From the NCBI RefSeq assembly GCF_018350175.1, contig NC_058368.1, positions 120,158,001-120,222,000 on the forward strand: a stretch of DNA of 64,000 bases. Direction: 5' to 3'. The position numbers were made by a program, and so were the translations under genes. The DNA comes from Felis catus (taxonomy: Eukaryota). The notes beneath the pieces were generated by a model. The model searched no databases. It had not been told where the DNA came from and saw nothing but the letters and a program-made list of their open reading frames with translations. This document shows positions 1 through 11,942 of the stretch, one piece after another (positions within the stretch are counted from its first letter, which is position 1; every line of letters begins with the position of its first letter).

Positions 1-1054
1 ACACAGGGACTACATTTCGTTTTAAAACAAAGATGCCACGTGATGGTGGTTCAACTTTGGCTCAGTAGAACCAAACAGTTAAATTTTTATTAGGCTATCC
101 CCCTGTGGGGGGTGGGGGGGAAAGAGGCTGTGTGTGTGTATGTGTAAGTGAGAGACACTGAGGTATTCACTTCTCGCCTCTCCTTTCTCCCTGGAGTATA
201 TTTACATGGCATTAAACAAAACAGCAAAAGCCTGCTGAATACTGAGATCAGAAGCCATCTGCATAGAAATGTTTTTTTCTTTAGCCTTAAAACAATATTG
301 GCAAATGGTCCCCCAAGCAGTAATGAAGGCTAGATATCTTTGGCCATCAAGCATTTTGCGTTGCTGCTAACTCAGACAGCACAAGTACATGAAGTGACAA
401 ATTATGTATTTGGGACATTTACCTCAGGGCTCATTTCTCAGTCTCTGCCACCAAAACTGTCATTTCAGGGATGCACGAGTGTGAGTTGAACTCCTTTGCC
501 AAATCACCTTGTTTAAATCTCCATAAAACATTTCCGCCATCAGCAGCTAGAAACTTCGAGAAGCAATTTAGGGCTGATATAATTTGCAAGTAATTTATCA
601 CTGCGAGTAGATGGTTTTATTAAACAGCTGCAGGGTGCTGGTATAAAAAACAAAATAAAAGAAAGGTTACATTACCTTTGTCCTCCCTCTCATCCTTTCT
701 TGCTTCTACTCTTTTTGCTTTCAGATATAGTTATTTAAACTTCTCCAAGGTTGGAGAATAATGAAGTAGACAACAGCCTAGCAAATATTGAACTAAAAAG
801 ATCATTAAGTATATGAGGACCTCATGAAATCAGACAGATTCTTGAGAACACAAGACTTGACAAAACCTAGACTAAGCAGAGAAAATTTGTGGAAGAGGTG
901 GCTTTAAGTTGTATAAGAGAAGACAGAAGGAGGAAACTCCTTTTATATAGAAGAAGAGTGTGAGCCAAGGCCCTGGGACAGGAGTGAAAAGGTAGTGAGG
1001 AGATACTCTGGCAGAATTTTATTTATCACTTTTTTCTTAATTCTTAACATAAGA

Positions 1055-1279
1055 GGGGCGCCTGGGTGGCGCAGTCAGTTAAGCGTCCGACTTCAGCCAG
1101 GTCACGATCTCGCGGTCCGGGAGTTCGAGCCCCGCGTCAGGCTCTGGGCTGATGGCTCAGAGCCTGGAGCCTGTTTCCGATTCTGTGTCTCCCTCTCTCT
1201 CTGCCCCTCCCCCGTTCATGCTCTGTCTCTCTCTGTCCCAAAAATAAATAAACGTTGAAAAAAAAAATTAAAAAAAATA
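1055..1279 (+). mobile_element. Young felid Can-SINE (SINEC_Fc type)
   Basis: GGGGCGCCTGGGTGGCGCAGTC head, B-box GTTCGAGCCC, CT-rich tract, AATAAA and A-tail. TSD TCTTAACATAAGA at 1042-1054 and 1280-1292. CpGs largely intact. Confidence 0.97.
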
Positions 1280-1461
1280 TCTTAACATAAGAAGTTGCTA
1301 CATCTATACGTTGGTGATTTAAAGTGCCTGTATCTTAGTTTTGAATAAATCTACATGTGATATATCCAGATCACTCAAAATTTCCAAGGCTATCATTTGT
1401 TCATTCAACCAACAGAAGCATAAGCTTCTGCTATATATCGCACAGCACGTTACAAATTAGG

Positions 1462-2131
1462 AGAAACAGGAACCCTCTTGAACTGTTGGTGGGAATGCAA
1501 ACTGGTGCAGCCGCTCTGGAAAACAGTGTGGAGGTTCCTAAAAAATTAAAAATAGATCTACCCTATGACCCAGCAATAGCATTGCTAGGAATTTACCCAA
1601 GGGATACAGGAGTGCTGATGCATAGGGGCACTTGTACCCCTATGTTTATAGCAGCACTTTCAACAACAGCCAAATTATGGAAAGAGCCTCAATGTCCATC
1701 AACTGATGAATGGATAAAGAAATTGTAGTTTATATACACAATGGAATACTACTTGGCAATGAGAAAGAATGAAATATGGCCCTTTGTAGCAACGTGGATG
1801 GAACTGGAGAGTGTTATGCTAAGTGAAATAAGTCAAAGAGAGAAAGACAGATACCATATGTTTTTACTCTTATGTGGATCTTGAGAAACTTAATAGAAGT
1901 CCATGGGGGAGGGGAAGAGAAAAAAAAAGGATGTTAGAGAGGGAGGGAGCCAAAGCATAAGAGACTCTTAAAAACTGAAAAACTGAGGGTTGATGGGGAG
2001 GTGGGAGGGAGAGGAGGGTGGGTAATGGGTATTGAGGAGGGCACCTTTTGGGATGAGCACTGGGTGTTGTATGGAAACCAATTTGACAATAAATTTCATA
2101 TTAAAAAAATAAAAAAAAATAACAAGAAAAA
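1462..2131 (+). mobile_element. 5'-truncated felid L1 (ORF2 C-terminus, 3' UTR and polyA)
   Basis: Translates to the L1 ORF2 end ([28 protein letters not shown]...KLWKEPQCPSTDEWIKKL*), with a W>stop at 1726-1728. G-rich 3' UTR, AATAAA and A-tail. TSD AAATTAGG at 1454-1461 and 2132-2139. Confidence 0.95.
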
Positions 2132-3152
2132 AAATTAGGGTTCCAAAGAAGATTGGACCAAATTGTATAATAGATCAACTTATTGCAATGTCATATCTTA
2201 GTGGAATTTAGTGTTTTAGTGGAATTTCTGACTCGAAGTTCTGTGTAGCATAGCACAGAGTGAGACATTTTGATAGGCATCAGCTTAGAATGAGGAAGGC
2301 CAGGCCTTTATGAGTCTTTCATAACTCTTAACACATTGAAACCCAAGTGAAATTGCTCTGAGAACATAGAGCGGGTGGGACCGGCCTGAGTGAGACACAG
2401 AAGGCTTTTAGGGGTGAGCCCAGGTTACCATAACACAGGGATTTAGTGACCTTGGAATAATTAGCATCAACGGATGGCATGTTCTCTTAGTGTGCATTAA
2501 TCCAAGGGGATTTGGGTATGGTTGTATGCATATATTTCAGGAAACACGTTTGTCTCCTAGATGATTACTTGGACTAAAAATGTAAAAATGGATAAAATAT
2601 AAATTTTTAAATGAATTATTTGGGTCATAAAAAGGCAGCCAGTGGAGAGCAATCAGCTAACAAAATTAATGTGGCTATGCAGAGAAAGAATGTCACTACT
2701 GAAAACCTGGTGCTGATTTGTATGCAAAACCTCTATCTCCTGACCATAGGACAGTCATCTGGCCTCCCTCACTGTGGAGACATTGTGGCTACTCTGCTGA
2801 GGAACCCAAACAAGTATAAACATGTATAAGTAAGGCCCAGTCACTAATCACTTTCTAATACACCAGCTCTACTAAATTCAGTTCAGGCTGCAAAACCAGA
2901 TAATATTCCCTGTTCCAGTAGAGATAAAAGATGACTATGTTTTTGAAAAAAGAGTATGATTAAATGAAATAAACATGAATTGTTTGAAACATATAAGAAA
3001 AGCTGATTTAAATGTTTTAGTATTTTTTTTTCCTAGTTTGTTTCCACATGGGATATACCCAGAAGGAGATTTTTTTTTCTTCTTCGCCAGATAAGCAATT
3101 AATAAGATTTGTTCCAAGTTATTTTCTTTTAATAAAGAAACTCATAGGTCTT

Positions 3153-3377
3153 GGGGTGCCTGGGTAGCTCAGTCTGTTAAGCATTCAACTTCAGCTCAGG
3201 TTATGATCTCGTAGTCCGTAAGTTCGAGCCCCGTGTTGGGCTCTGTGCTGACAGCTCAGAGCTGGGAGCCTGCTTCAGATTCTGTGTACCTGCTCTCTCC
3301 TTGCCCCTCCCCCACCCACACTCTGTCTCACTCTGTCTCTCAAAAATAAATAAATGTTTAAAAATTGATTAAATTAG
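3153..3377 (+). mobile_element. Can-SINE
   Basis: GGGGTGCCTGGGTAGCTCAG head, B-box, CT tract and A-rich tail. TSD CTCATAGGTCT at 3141-3151 and 3378-3388. Confidence 0.95.
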
Positions 3378-4118
3378 CTCATAGGTCTGAATAGTTCATC
3401 TCCTAAGGCCACATGTACACAAACACACACACTCAAATACAATCAAGTTATCACCCTCTAAGAAAATGGTACATAAATATTTCCTGGGTGGTTTTTGAAT
3501 ATGCCAAACCCATAGGAAACATCGGAGATTCTAGGAATCTTGGTGCTCAAATTTGGCCTTGTTCCCCACTAATCACTCACTAGTCAAGCAGCTTATGGCC
3601 AAAGTACAGAGATTTGGCCATCTATCCTTCATCAACAGTGGGTACAGCTCTTCAATGCCAAAGCGAATGGATGGATGGACAGATGAAGGGTGGATGGATG
3701 GTTTGTTGGTATGTTGGTTGTTTAAGAGCCCAAGCAAAAGAGCTTTCTTTTGATGTGCTGTCTGGTTTTGTCCCCTGGTCAGATTTGTACCTAGACAACA
3801 AAATAGGAGCAAGGACAGTAAATCTTACAGCTGGAGCCACTGTGATGAATGAAAGAGGGATCAGTCTGTCAGGAAAAGACTAATTTCATTGGGTCCTCAA
3901 TCTCCTTTCCTCTATCTGATAGTTCTGTTGGGCTAACTCTGGGATGAAGGGGGATGGAAGTTTACCCTGAAGATTCTTGATAAGTTTGATGGCTGTCTCA
4001 TCATAGTTTATTACTACTTAGTAAGTGCCTGTTTCATGGCCAACACTCCACTTGCATGTTCTTTAATTAGGGGGGGGGAAACCATTGAGGAGTATGTGTA
4101 AGCACTTCTTTTTTTCCT

Positions 4119-4187
4119 ATCTCATCTCATCTCATCTCATCTCATCTCATCTCATCTCATCTCATCTCATCTCATCTCATCTCATCT
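4119..4187. repeat. (ATCTC)n pentanucleotide microsatellite, about 14 units
   Basis: Perfect tandem ATCTC read directly. Confidence 0.97.
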
Positions 4188-5764
4188 TTCTTATCTTATC
4201 TCAAATAGGAGAAACTGAGGTAGGACAACAAAGAATAACCAATATACCCTAGGACTTACTGATGGTTAAGAGGCAGGGCTATTATTGAACAAAGGTCTGT
4301 GTAGGGCTGACTTCTTTGAAAGCTTCACTTCACACAAAGGCCTCTTTGACAAATAGGTGTTCGTTCAAAGCTAGATCAGTTGGGGATTATTGATCTCACT
4401 ACCACTTTAAGTTATTTGTATGATATATCGCTAGAGCCTGGAAGGAGGGACAAAGAGAGAAAGTATTAAGTGGGTTAACAGTGTTTTCACTCTATCTGAG
4501 AGGATGGTTTAACAGCTTAACAGAAGAAAACAGCTCACTACATTGTCTCAAATTAACTCACTCATAATGTGATATGAGTATGTTAGCATGTACCGGCTAA
4601 GGAAAGTCAAGAGACAAGTGTAAGAAGAACTTTGATCTTTAATTGCTTTGAGTCACAATCAGGGCCCTGTGGTGTCTATCATTTTTACTTGCGCTGTGTC
4701 TTCAGAGGTCCCCACAGGAACCTCACAAATGAAAGCAAAATTCCAGCCCAATAGCAAATGAATTTGCATGGATTCTTTGTGCATTTAAGTCTATGATAAA
4801 GTAGACAGACAAGCTTCTCTTAATAACAGAGATGAATATGAATTATAAACCAACTAGGTACAAAACTAAATGAGTAGATTTTTTACTTTGGAAGCAAAAG
4901 TCCAAGTATCTTAGTTCTCTATGATGTAATGGCTAGAAACATAAGGTTTGTGATCGAATATTTATAGGTCCTGATATTAGATAGCTCTGACTTTTCAGAA
5001 CAGACTTTTCTATGCCTCAGTCTTGTACAAGCAAAATGGAGATAAGGGTAGCACCTACCCACCCATGAACTAATAATGAGGATAATAAAGATGCTGCAGA
5101 TATGCAAGGCCTGGCCTGCTGTGAACTTGGTAAGTTTTAATCATTGTTAGAATTTCTACTACTATGATTATGACTGAAATAACATGTAGGAAAATGGGAA
5201 TATTTTGAGACAATTCAAAATTGAATATAAGCTGGAGTTCTAATCCATTCTTGTATCACGAGTCAGATCTACAGGTGAAAAAGCATTTTATTTATATTGA
5301 GTCTTCTCAAAAGATGCAGATTGACTTTACATACACTCCTTAAATCACAGAGTAATGACTAAATCCTTTTACCCAAAAGCTTTGTCACATAATAACTACT
5401 CAACAAATACTGGATAAATTGAGGTGGTTTTCCTTTGTATTATTTGTTCTAGTGTAAGAGAGGGAAGCATATACAATAGATCTTTATGAGCAAATCTCTT
5501 CATCTGAGACTTAAAATATTTACACAAGATTTGTAGATCGCTATCATGAAACTATTCAACACACTGACAATGATTGCATTTTGTTAAATACTTGCATTGC
5601 AATGAACTTGTCCTATGATGTGACAGAATAGATACCCTGATGTTGTTTAATGACTCAGTATACACTAAAATCAAGGAATGTGGTCTGTTAAGCCGCTACT
5701 AGAAATGCCAGGGCAGAAGTACACCAGATGTTCCTAACCTTTGTTTCAGTAGGTACAGAAGGCA

Positions 5765-6030
5765 CTCATTCATTCATCTGACAAGCCATGTATTCAGCAG
5801 CTTCTATACAACAGGGGCTGTTCCAGACTTTGGGGATAGATAGGTAAATAAGATATACTCGGTCCTTGCTTTTTTGGACATGCATTCTGATGGGCATAGT
5901 TAAACAATAAATATGTAAAAGAGGTGATATGTGATATGTGCTGTAAAGAAAATTAAATGGAAAGAGATCAATAGGCAGTGACTGTGATGTGGGCGTGTTT
6001 CCTTTGGACTGCTCACTAAGGAATTCCCCT
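5765..6030 (-). mobile_element. L2 3'-end fragment
   Basis: CATTCATTCAT...GTATTCAGCAGCTTCTAT followed by a degenerate L2 antisense pattern. Confidence 0.55.
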
Positions 6031-6788
6031 CTGCTCTTGTGACAGTTAGTTATTCTTGGAAGCATTCTTGAATTTTCTTGAAGGTGGCAGTGGTGGTCAT
6101 GCAGTTCGTCCCCAAATTCTCAAAATGAGAGTCATTATCAGAGTCTAGAAAGGCTGTGATTGACTGGGTTTATTTTCTTTCAGGATGTCAGTAGGCATCA
6201 AAACCAGGAAGTTCCCTCTTCTTTACATGCTTGCCGCCAACTCTTTGATTACTTTGGTCCCTTAAAACTCAAATTGAACATTTCTCCTGGGAAACATCCT
6301 CGATATCCTGAATGTGATTTTCTATCCCTTTTGTATGCTTCCTTAGCACATACCCCTTTATAATACTATATTAAAGAGGTTCGTATACTTGTTCTTCCCA
6401 CCACCCACTATCCATGTATCAAACCATAAGCCCCTTGATGGAAAAGATTTGTCTTATTTGAATTAGTATATTTAGTACCTGGCATAGGTACAACTTTACT
6501 TACAAGTTCATAGTGGGTGATACATGAAACACAGAGCATTTTATATATCATTGCTAAGTGTCATCACTCAAGCATTTCTATATTCCATACATGTGTTTTC
6601 TCTCAAGTGATCTTTCTCCTATGTGAAATTAAGTAGCATGTATAACCACAGAAAAGGCATTATGTTGTAGAACCAATTATTTGATGTCTTCCAAATCGTA
6701 AGCAGGTCATACAGTTAATAAATAATACTTCATAGTTAGACAGAAAAATTTTCTTTTCATGCCATTTTTTTCCAACGCTCTTTTTTCT

Positions 6789-7004
6789 TTTTTTTTTTTT
6801 TCAACGTTTATTTATTTTTGGGACAGAGAGAGACAGAGCATGAACGGGGGAGGGGCAGAGAGAGAGGGAGACACAGAATCGGAAACAGGCTCCAGGCTCT
6901 GAGCCATCAGCCCAGAGCCCGACGCGGGGCTCGAACTCACGGACCGCGAGATCGTGACCTGGCCGAAGTCGGACGCTTAACCGACTGCGCCACCCAGGCG
7001 CCCC
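6789..7004 (-). mobile_element. Very young felid Can-SINE (SINEC_Fc type)
   Basis: Reverse complement is near-consensus with CpGs intact. Perfect 17-bp TSD CCAACGCTCTTTTTTCT at 6772-6788 and 7005-7021. Confidence 0.98.
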
Positions 7005-8319
7005 CCAACGCTCTTTTTTCTAATCAAATGAAGTAACTCACTTCCTCCCATAACCAGTATACAACCCTTCATCCCTCATCCAAGACATCTCTTCTTCCAG
7101 GCCTTAGTTCAGATGTGGATTTCTCAGTTGAAATGGATTTTGCTGTGTATGCTTGCGATCCTTGGAAACAGTTGTGGAAGGGAGGTGCCACACTACAATG
7201 GGATGGTACTGAGGAGGGGTGGGTCGAGAAACCAATCAGTGGAGAAATTAGTTTAATTTCTAGGGACTAACATCATGCTAGCATTTTCAGTAAATTAGGA
7301 TCAACCCTGAAGTGGAAATAGTAAATGAAATCTTTAATATGTTCAGCTCTGTCAGCTTCAAAAATCTTTTACTTCAAAGTTATTCATGAAGTTTTGGAAT
7401 TTTGAACATTTTTGTTCAGAGCCCCGGTACTGTGAAATTCAGGTGCAGATCCAAGAAAAAAAGGATCTCTTTGAGGGAATTTGAGGTGAGCTCTGAAGTT
7501 TTATACAGATAGTCTCATGGTGCTATATAAATTATTAAATAGATGTATTTTTTTCACAATAGAGATGTGCTACTTGCTACTGGGTATTTTATTAGAATAG
7601 ATACACAGCAGCAGGTTTGGGGCTATACACAATGTGAACTCTCAATAAATGCTGTTTGCTGCTGGAGGAAGTGTAGGCTAGGCGCCTATGTTGTGTATGA
7701 GGTTGTAGAAATAGATCTTTCCAAGGCAGACCCACAACACCGGTTTCAGCACATGGTGGGGTTTTGTTAGGAAAGGGCTTATTATTTCACAGCTTGGTGT
7801 CCTGTTTGCTCAGTGCTTTTCATTCTTGCCATCATCACCCTTTTCTCATGTTATAGGTAAGAGGAATGAGCTCTTATAAATATATTTGAGAGCTTCTTGT
7901 TATCATTGCTAATCAACTGCTAATTCTACTGGTTTTATTTACTGTATATTCTGTATACTTGTCTACTTAGCTTAAATCCTATCCCCTCTCCTCCTCCCCC
8001 CCCCCCCATTCCAGGCCTTATATCATTCGTTAAGCTAGATACCATGTGCCTGGAACATAATAAGTACCTAATAAATGGGAAATGTGGTATGTTTTTGAAT
8101 ATCTCTTTTTCCTCTTCAGTCTGTTCTGTACATTATGCTCACATAAATTCTCCTACACCAGCATTGTAATAATGCCACATCTTTGCTCAAAATCCTCAGT
8201 GATTCCCAAATGTTTGGAGAATAAGATGCAGACTCCTTATTTTGGTATTCAAAGACATCTTGGCCGGGCCCCAACTGGGGACTTTAAAACCTTTTTTTGA
8301 TCATGAAGCCTATGTTCCT

Positions 8320-8520
8320 GCATAGTGTTTAAGACCTTGGACCGTGGAATCAAATTAAAATGGTGGCTCCACACCCTGTAAGCTACATGGCCTCGTGTAC
8401 TCATATGTAAAATGGGAAAATGATATTAACTACTTTGTTGGGTTATATAGTAATGATCAGGATGATGACTCTGAAGCACTTAGCACTTCTGACATGTGTT
8501 TTAGCTCTTAGTATGTACCT
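8320..8520 (+). mobile_element. MIR fragment
   Basis: CATAGTGTTTAAGA...CTCATATGTAAAATGGGAAAATGAT...AAGCACTTAGCAC, the MIR core pattern. Confidence 0.6.
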
Positions 8521-9744
8521 GATCTATAAGTTTTCAGAGGTTTTTTTTTAGTATTAACTTTTAGCATCCACTTTATGCAGACTAATGTATTATGTTTTTA
8601 CGATGGGAAAATATGAAAGCCATAACTGAGAGACCTACTCTTCCTTCAAACAGTAATGTACTTTCCATCTATTAGCAGATTATTTAGTGCCAAAAAGGCA
8701 GATGTGTAATGGCCAAGAGGAATTGAGAAGCTTTGGCTTAGCTGATAATGTTCTTTATATAAGTTTTCTGTTAGTCACGCTCATTGAATGAACAGAAATA
8801 ACTCCCCTAAGGAGAGCAATTTTCCTCCATAATAATTTCTATAGAGTCCCTGAGAATAACGGTGCTACTGGGAGTATCCTATGGATTTCATCAATGTCCT
8901 AGATAAGGGCAGCACATACAGAGTGAGATGGCAGGCTAACCTCACTCCTCCTCCCCTCTCTCTCTCCCACATGTTTAATGCAATGCCTCCCTGCCTGCCT
9001 CTTGCTCCCAAGAGGCCACTGGAACTGAATGCTTTTAGAAATATCTCATTTATTCTTTCTACATTGGCGGCCATCTACCTGGGAGATCGTACAAGAATAC
9101 ACACAGAATGAAAAATTTGGTAACTAACATCTGACCAGTGTTCTTAAAAAGCATGATAAAATTACTTATTTTGCCATGTCTGCCCTCATTTTTCCCTTTG
9201 TTCCTTCCATTGTCACTATTTTCCCAAAGAATAGCTTGTGTGCACCCTTGCCCTTATCTCCTTGGACATCAATCTTTTAATTAATGTGAAGCCTATCACA
9301 TTGTACATCAATCTGGTAATTAAAATTCCAAGGAGAGTCATTCAAGAGTCAAACAATGTCACCCAGTGCCTCTCAGTCAGAAGGGATATTACAAGTAAAC
9401 TATCAAACTTTGTTTAGCTTTTTATAGCAATGATTATCAGAAAACTCTGACTTGTAATGTATGACAATGGAGTATTAAATATGTGTGATAGGCATCATCC
9501 TTTGAGAGATTTTACAGATTATAGTCCCTGGCCAACAGAGCCCGAGGGCATTCCTCATACATAAACCCATATTTGGAACCATGAGATCCCCTCTCCTGGC
9601 CAGATGTTGTTGACATCTGAGATACTGTGGGCCCAAATATTAGATGGTCACTAAGAGATCTACTCAGATTTTGTTAAAGTCCTTTGAATATAAGTAGATG
9701 TTTACTCATCACATGATCTTTTATTGAGTATCCACTGTGGATTT

Positions 9745-10860
9745 TTTCACTTCTTTTGTTTCCATACATTTTTTACCAAGCTGGGAAAATTTTCAGCCAT
9801 CATTTTCCTTGTTTTTTTTTTTTAAATATATTTTTAGCCCCATTCTCTTTCTCCACTCTTTCTGTAACTCCGGTGACACAAATGTTAGATCTTTTGCAAT
9901 AGTCCTACAGGTCTCTGAGGCTCTATTTATGAATTTTTAGTCTGTTGTCTCTCTATTGTGTTTGCTGGATAATTTCTGTTCTATCTTGGAGTTCACTGAT
10001 GGTGATCTCTGTTCGATTTGGTTGTTGATCTCATCGGTAAGTTTTTTATTTTGGTTATTTTACTTTTAAGTTCTAAAATTTTCATTTCATTCTTTATTAC
10101 ATTTTTCCCATCTTTTCCAAGACTTTTTTTTTTCCCATTATTTTCAAGTACGCCCATCATTGCTCATAGAAGCATATTTTTGGTGCTGCTTTAAAATACA
10201 TCTCACTTAATTCTAACATCTTGGTCATTTCACTGTTGGCATTTGTTTTGTTGTCTTTGACATCTTTCTGCTTCTTTGAAAGATGAGTGATTTAAAATAT
10301 TTTTAACGTTTATTTATTATTGAGAGACAGAGAGAGACAGAGCATGAGCATGGGAGGGGCAGAGAGAGAGGGGGAAACACAGAATCTGAAGTAGGCTCCA
10401 GGCTCCGAGCTGTCAGCACAGAGCCTGACGTGGGGCTTGAACTCGCAAACCACGAGATCATGACCTGAGCTGAAATCGGATGCTTAACCGACTGAGCCAC
10501 TCATGCACCCCGAAAGATGAGTGATTTTTGTTGTTGTTGTTGAATCCTGTACATTTTATATATTAGGTTATGGGACTCTTAATCTCATTTAAGTCTTCTG
10601 CTTACCAGCCCCCTCTGAGGCTGCTTGGTGGGCAAAGTAGAGTACCACCTGGTTGTTGTCACTTAGGGTTGAAGTCCAGGCTCCCCACTCAGCCTCCTTG
10701 ACATCCTGAGCGGGGTCATGTCTCAGCAATCTGGATAGAAGACAGGAGTTCACACTCCTCCTATCATTTATGGGGATATTAGCCTGGCTGGGAAGGTTAA
10801 AGATGGCTTGTTGCTATTCCCATATGACCTTCGTCCACATAGCAAATTGTGGCCTTGTTA
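9745..10860 (-). mobile_element. Old L1M 5'/ORF1 region (antisense), interrupted by a SINE
   Basis: GGGAAAATTTTCAGCCATCATT...ACACAAATGTTAGATCTTTT...AGGTCTCTGAGGCTCT...GTTCACTGAT motifs typical of antisense L1M ORF1. Confidence 0.65.
10294..10511 (-). mobile_element. Can-SINE inserted in an old L1
   Basis: Full SINE on the minus strand. TSD GAAAGATGAGTGATTT at 10278-10293 and 10512-10527. Confidence 0.96.
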
Positions 10861-10884
10861 TGCATGTTCTATGCCATTCTGCAT

Positions 10885-11710
10885 GAGAAAGAACCAAGAA
10901 GATTCTTGGGGTAATGGCTGATTCCATGATTGTGGTAAACTGAGCCCAAAATATCTTATTTTATCAAAAAAGTAAGGAAGAGACGTGTCAAAAGGACATA
11001 GGAGCCAGTTTGGGCACTCAGTGATCAAATCTTGAATAGTTTGAATGCCTAAGAAATGAAAGCAGTGAATTATAACCCATTAATTAAAAAATTATATGAT
11101 TTTGTGCTTGCAACAATAGGAAAAATCTTTCTTATAGTGGGATTATAGCTAATATGTTTAGAAGTTTAAAAACCATCAATGGAAACTAGAATTTATAGAT
11201 CTAATTTTGATAAGGAACATGAGACTGACATAGTTTAAAAAAATCTCTCCCAACTTACTTACTGATTACAAAGGGAAAAGATAGTAGCTTTATGATGAAA
11301 AAACCTGGCATACACTGCCTTACTCAAGAGATAACAGCTAATATTTAATATTACCGACACTGAGACAAATCAACATCAAGTGCCTGCTGTCATGATGCGC
11401 TGAAAAGGATGTAATGTTTCTTCCTCGGTAGATGAAAGAAAATGCCTATAATAATAGAATAACATTCACCTAATTAAGAAGGCACATTAGGCCAATCCAA
11501 GTTGAGAGATAATCTACAAACTAAGTTGCATGTACTTTTTAAACATATGAAGGTTAGAAAGAAAACTGAAGTATTGTTTATTTTAAAAGAGACAGGACAA
11601 CTAAATGTAATGTACTACCCTGAATTGGGTTCTACACATGAAAAAGAAACAGCTATAAAGGATGGTATTGCAGGAATTAACAGAATTTTGAATATAGACT
11701 ATGGATTATA
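10885..11710 (+). mobile_element. Old L1MC/ME-type 3' UTR fragment
   Basis: TTACTGATTACAAAGGGAAAA...AAACCTGGCATACACTGCCTTACTCAAG...ACAACTAAATGTAATG...GAATATAGACTATGGATTA pattern. Confidence 0.65.
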
Positions 11711-11942
11711 AGAGATTAGCAAACTACAGTGTGTGAGCCTGATCTATCCCAGGGCCCGTTTTTGTAGTATTTATGAGCCAAGAGTGGTTTTTACATTTTA
11801 AAATGTGAAAACACAACCTCCCTCCACAAAAGAAAGAAAGAAAAAAAGCCTCCAAGATTTTGCAGTGTAGAGCTGATGAAGCTCTCAAAGCCTAAAATAT
11901 TTATTATCCTGTACTTAACGGAAAACAGTTGGCTAACTCATG
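11711..11942 (+). mobile_element. MER58-type hAT-Charlie non-autonomous DNA transposon
   Basis: GCAAACTAC...GTTTTTGTA...GAGCCAAGAGTGGTTTTTACATTTTAAA...CAAAGCCTAAAATATTTATTATC resembles the recalled MER58A consensus. Confidence 0.8.

Noticed and set aside
1055..1140. tRNA-like A/B boxes
   Set aside because: These are the tRNA-derived heads of Can-SINEs, not tRNA genes.
995..1258. SINE-overlapping ORFs (e.g. 995-1258, 6818-7036, 16249-16494, 40503-40721) with similar peptides such as GAPGWRS...EPGACFRFCVSLSLCPSP
   Set aside because: These are translations of Can-SINE sequence, not a gene family.
1357..1728. 123-aa ORF with L1 ORF2 similarity
   Set aside because: A 5'-truncated L1 fragment with a premature stop. 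It is not a functional CDS.
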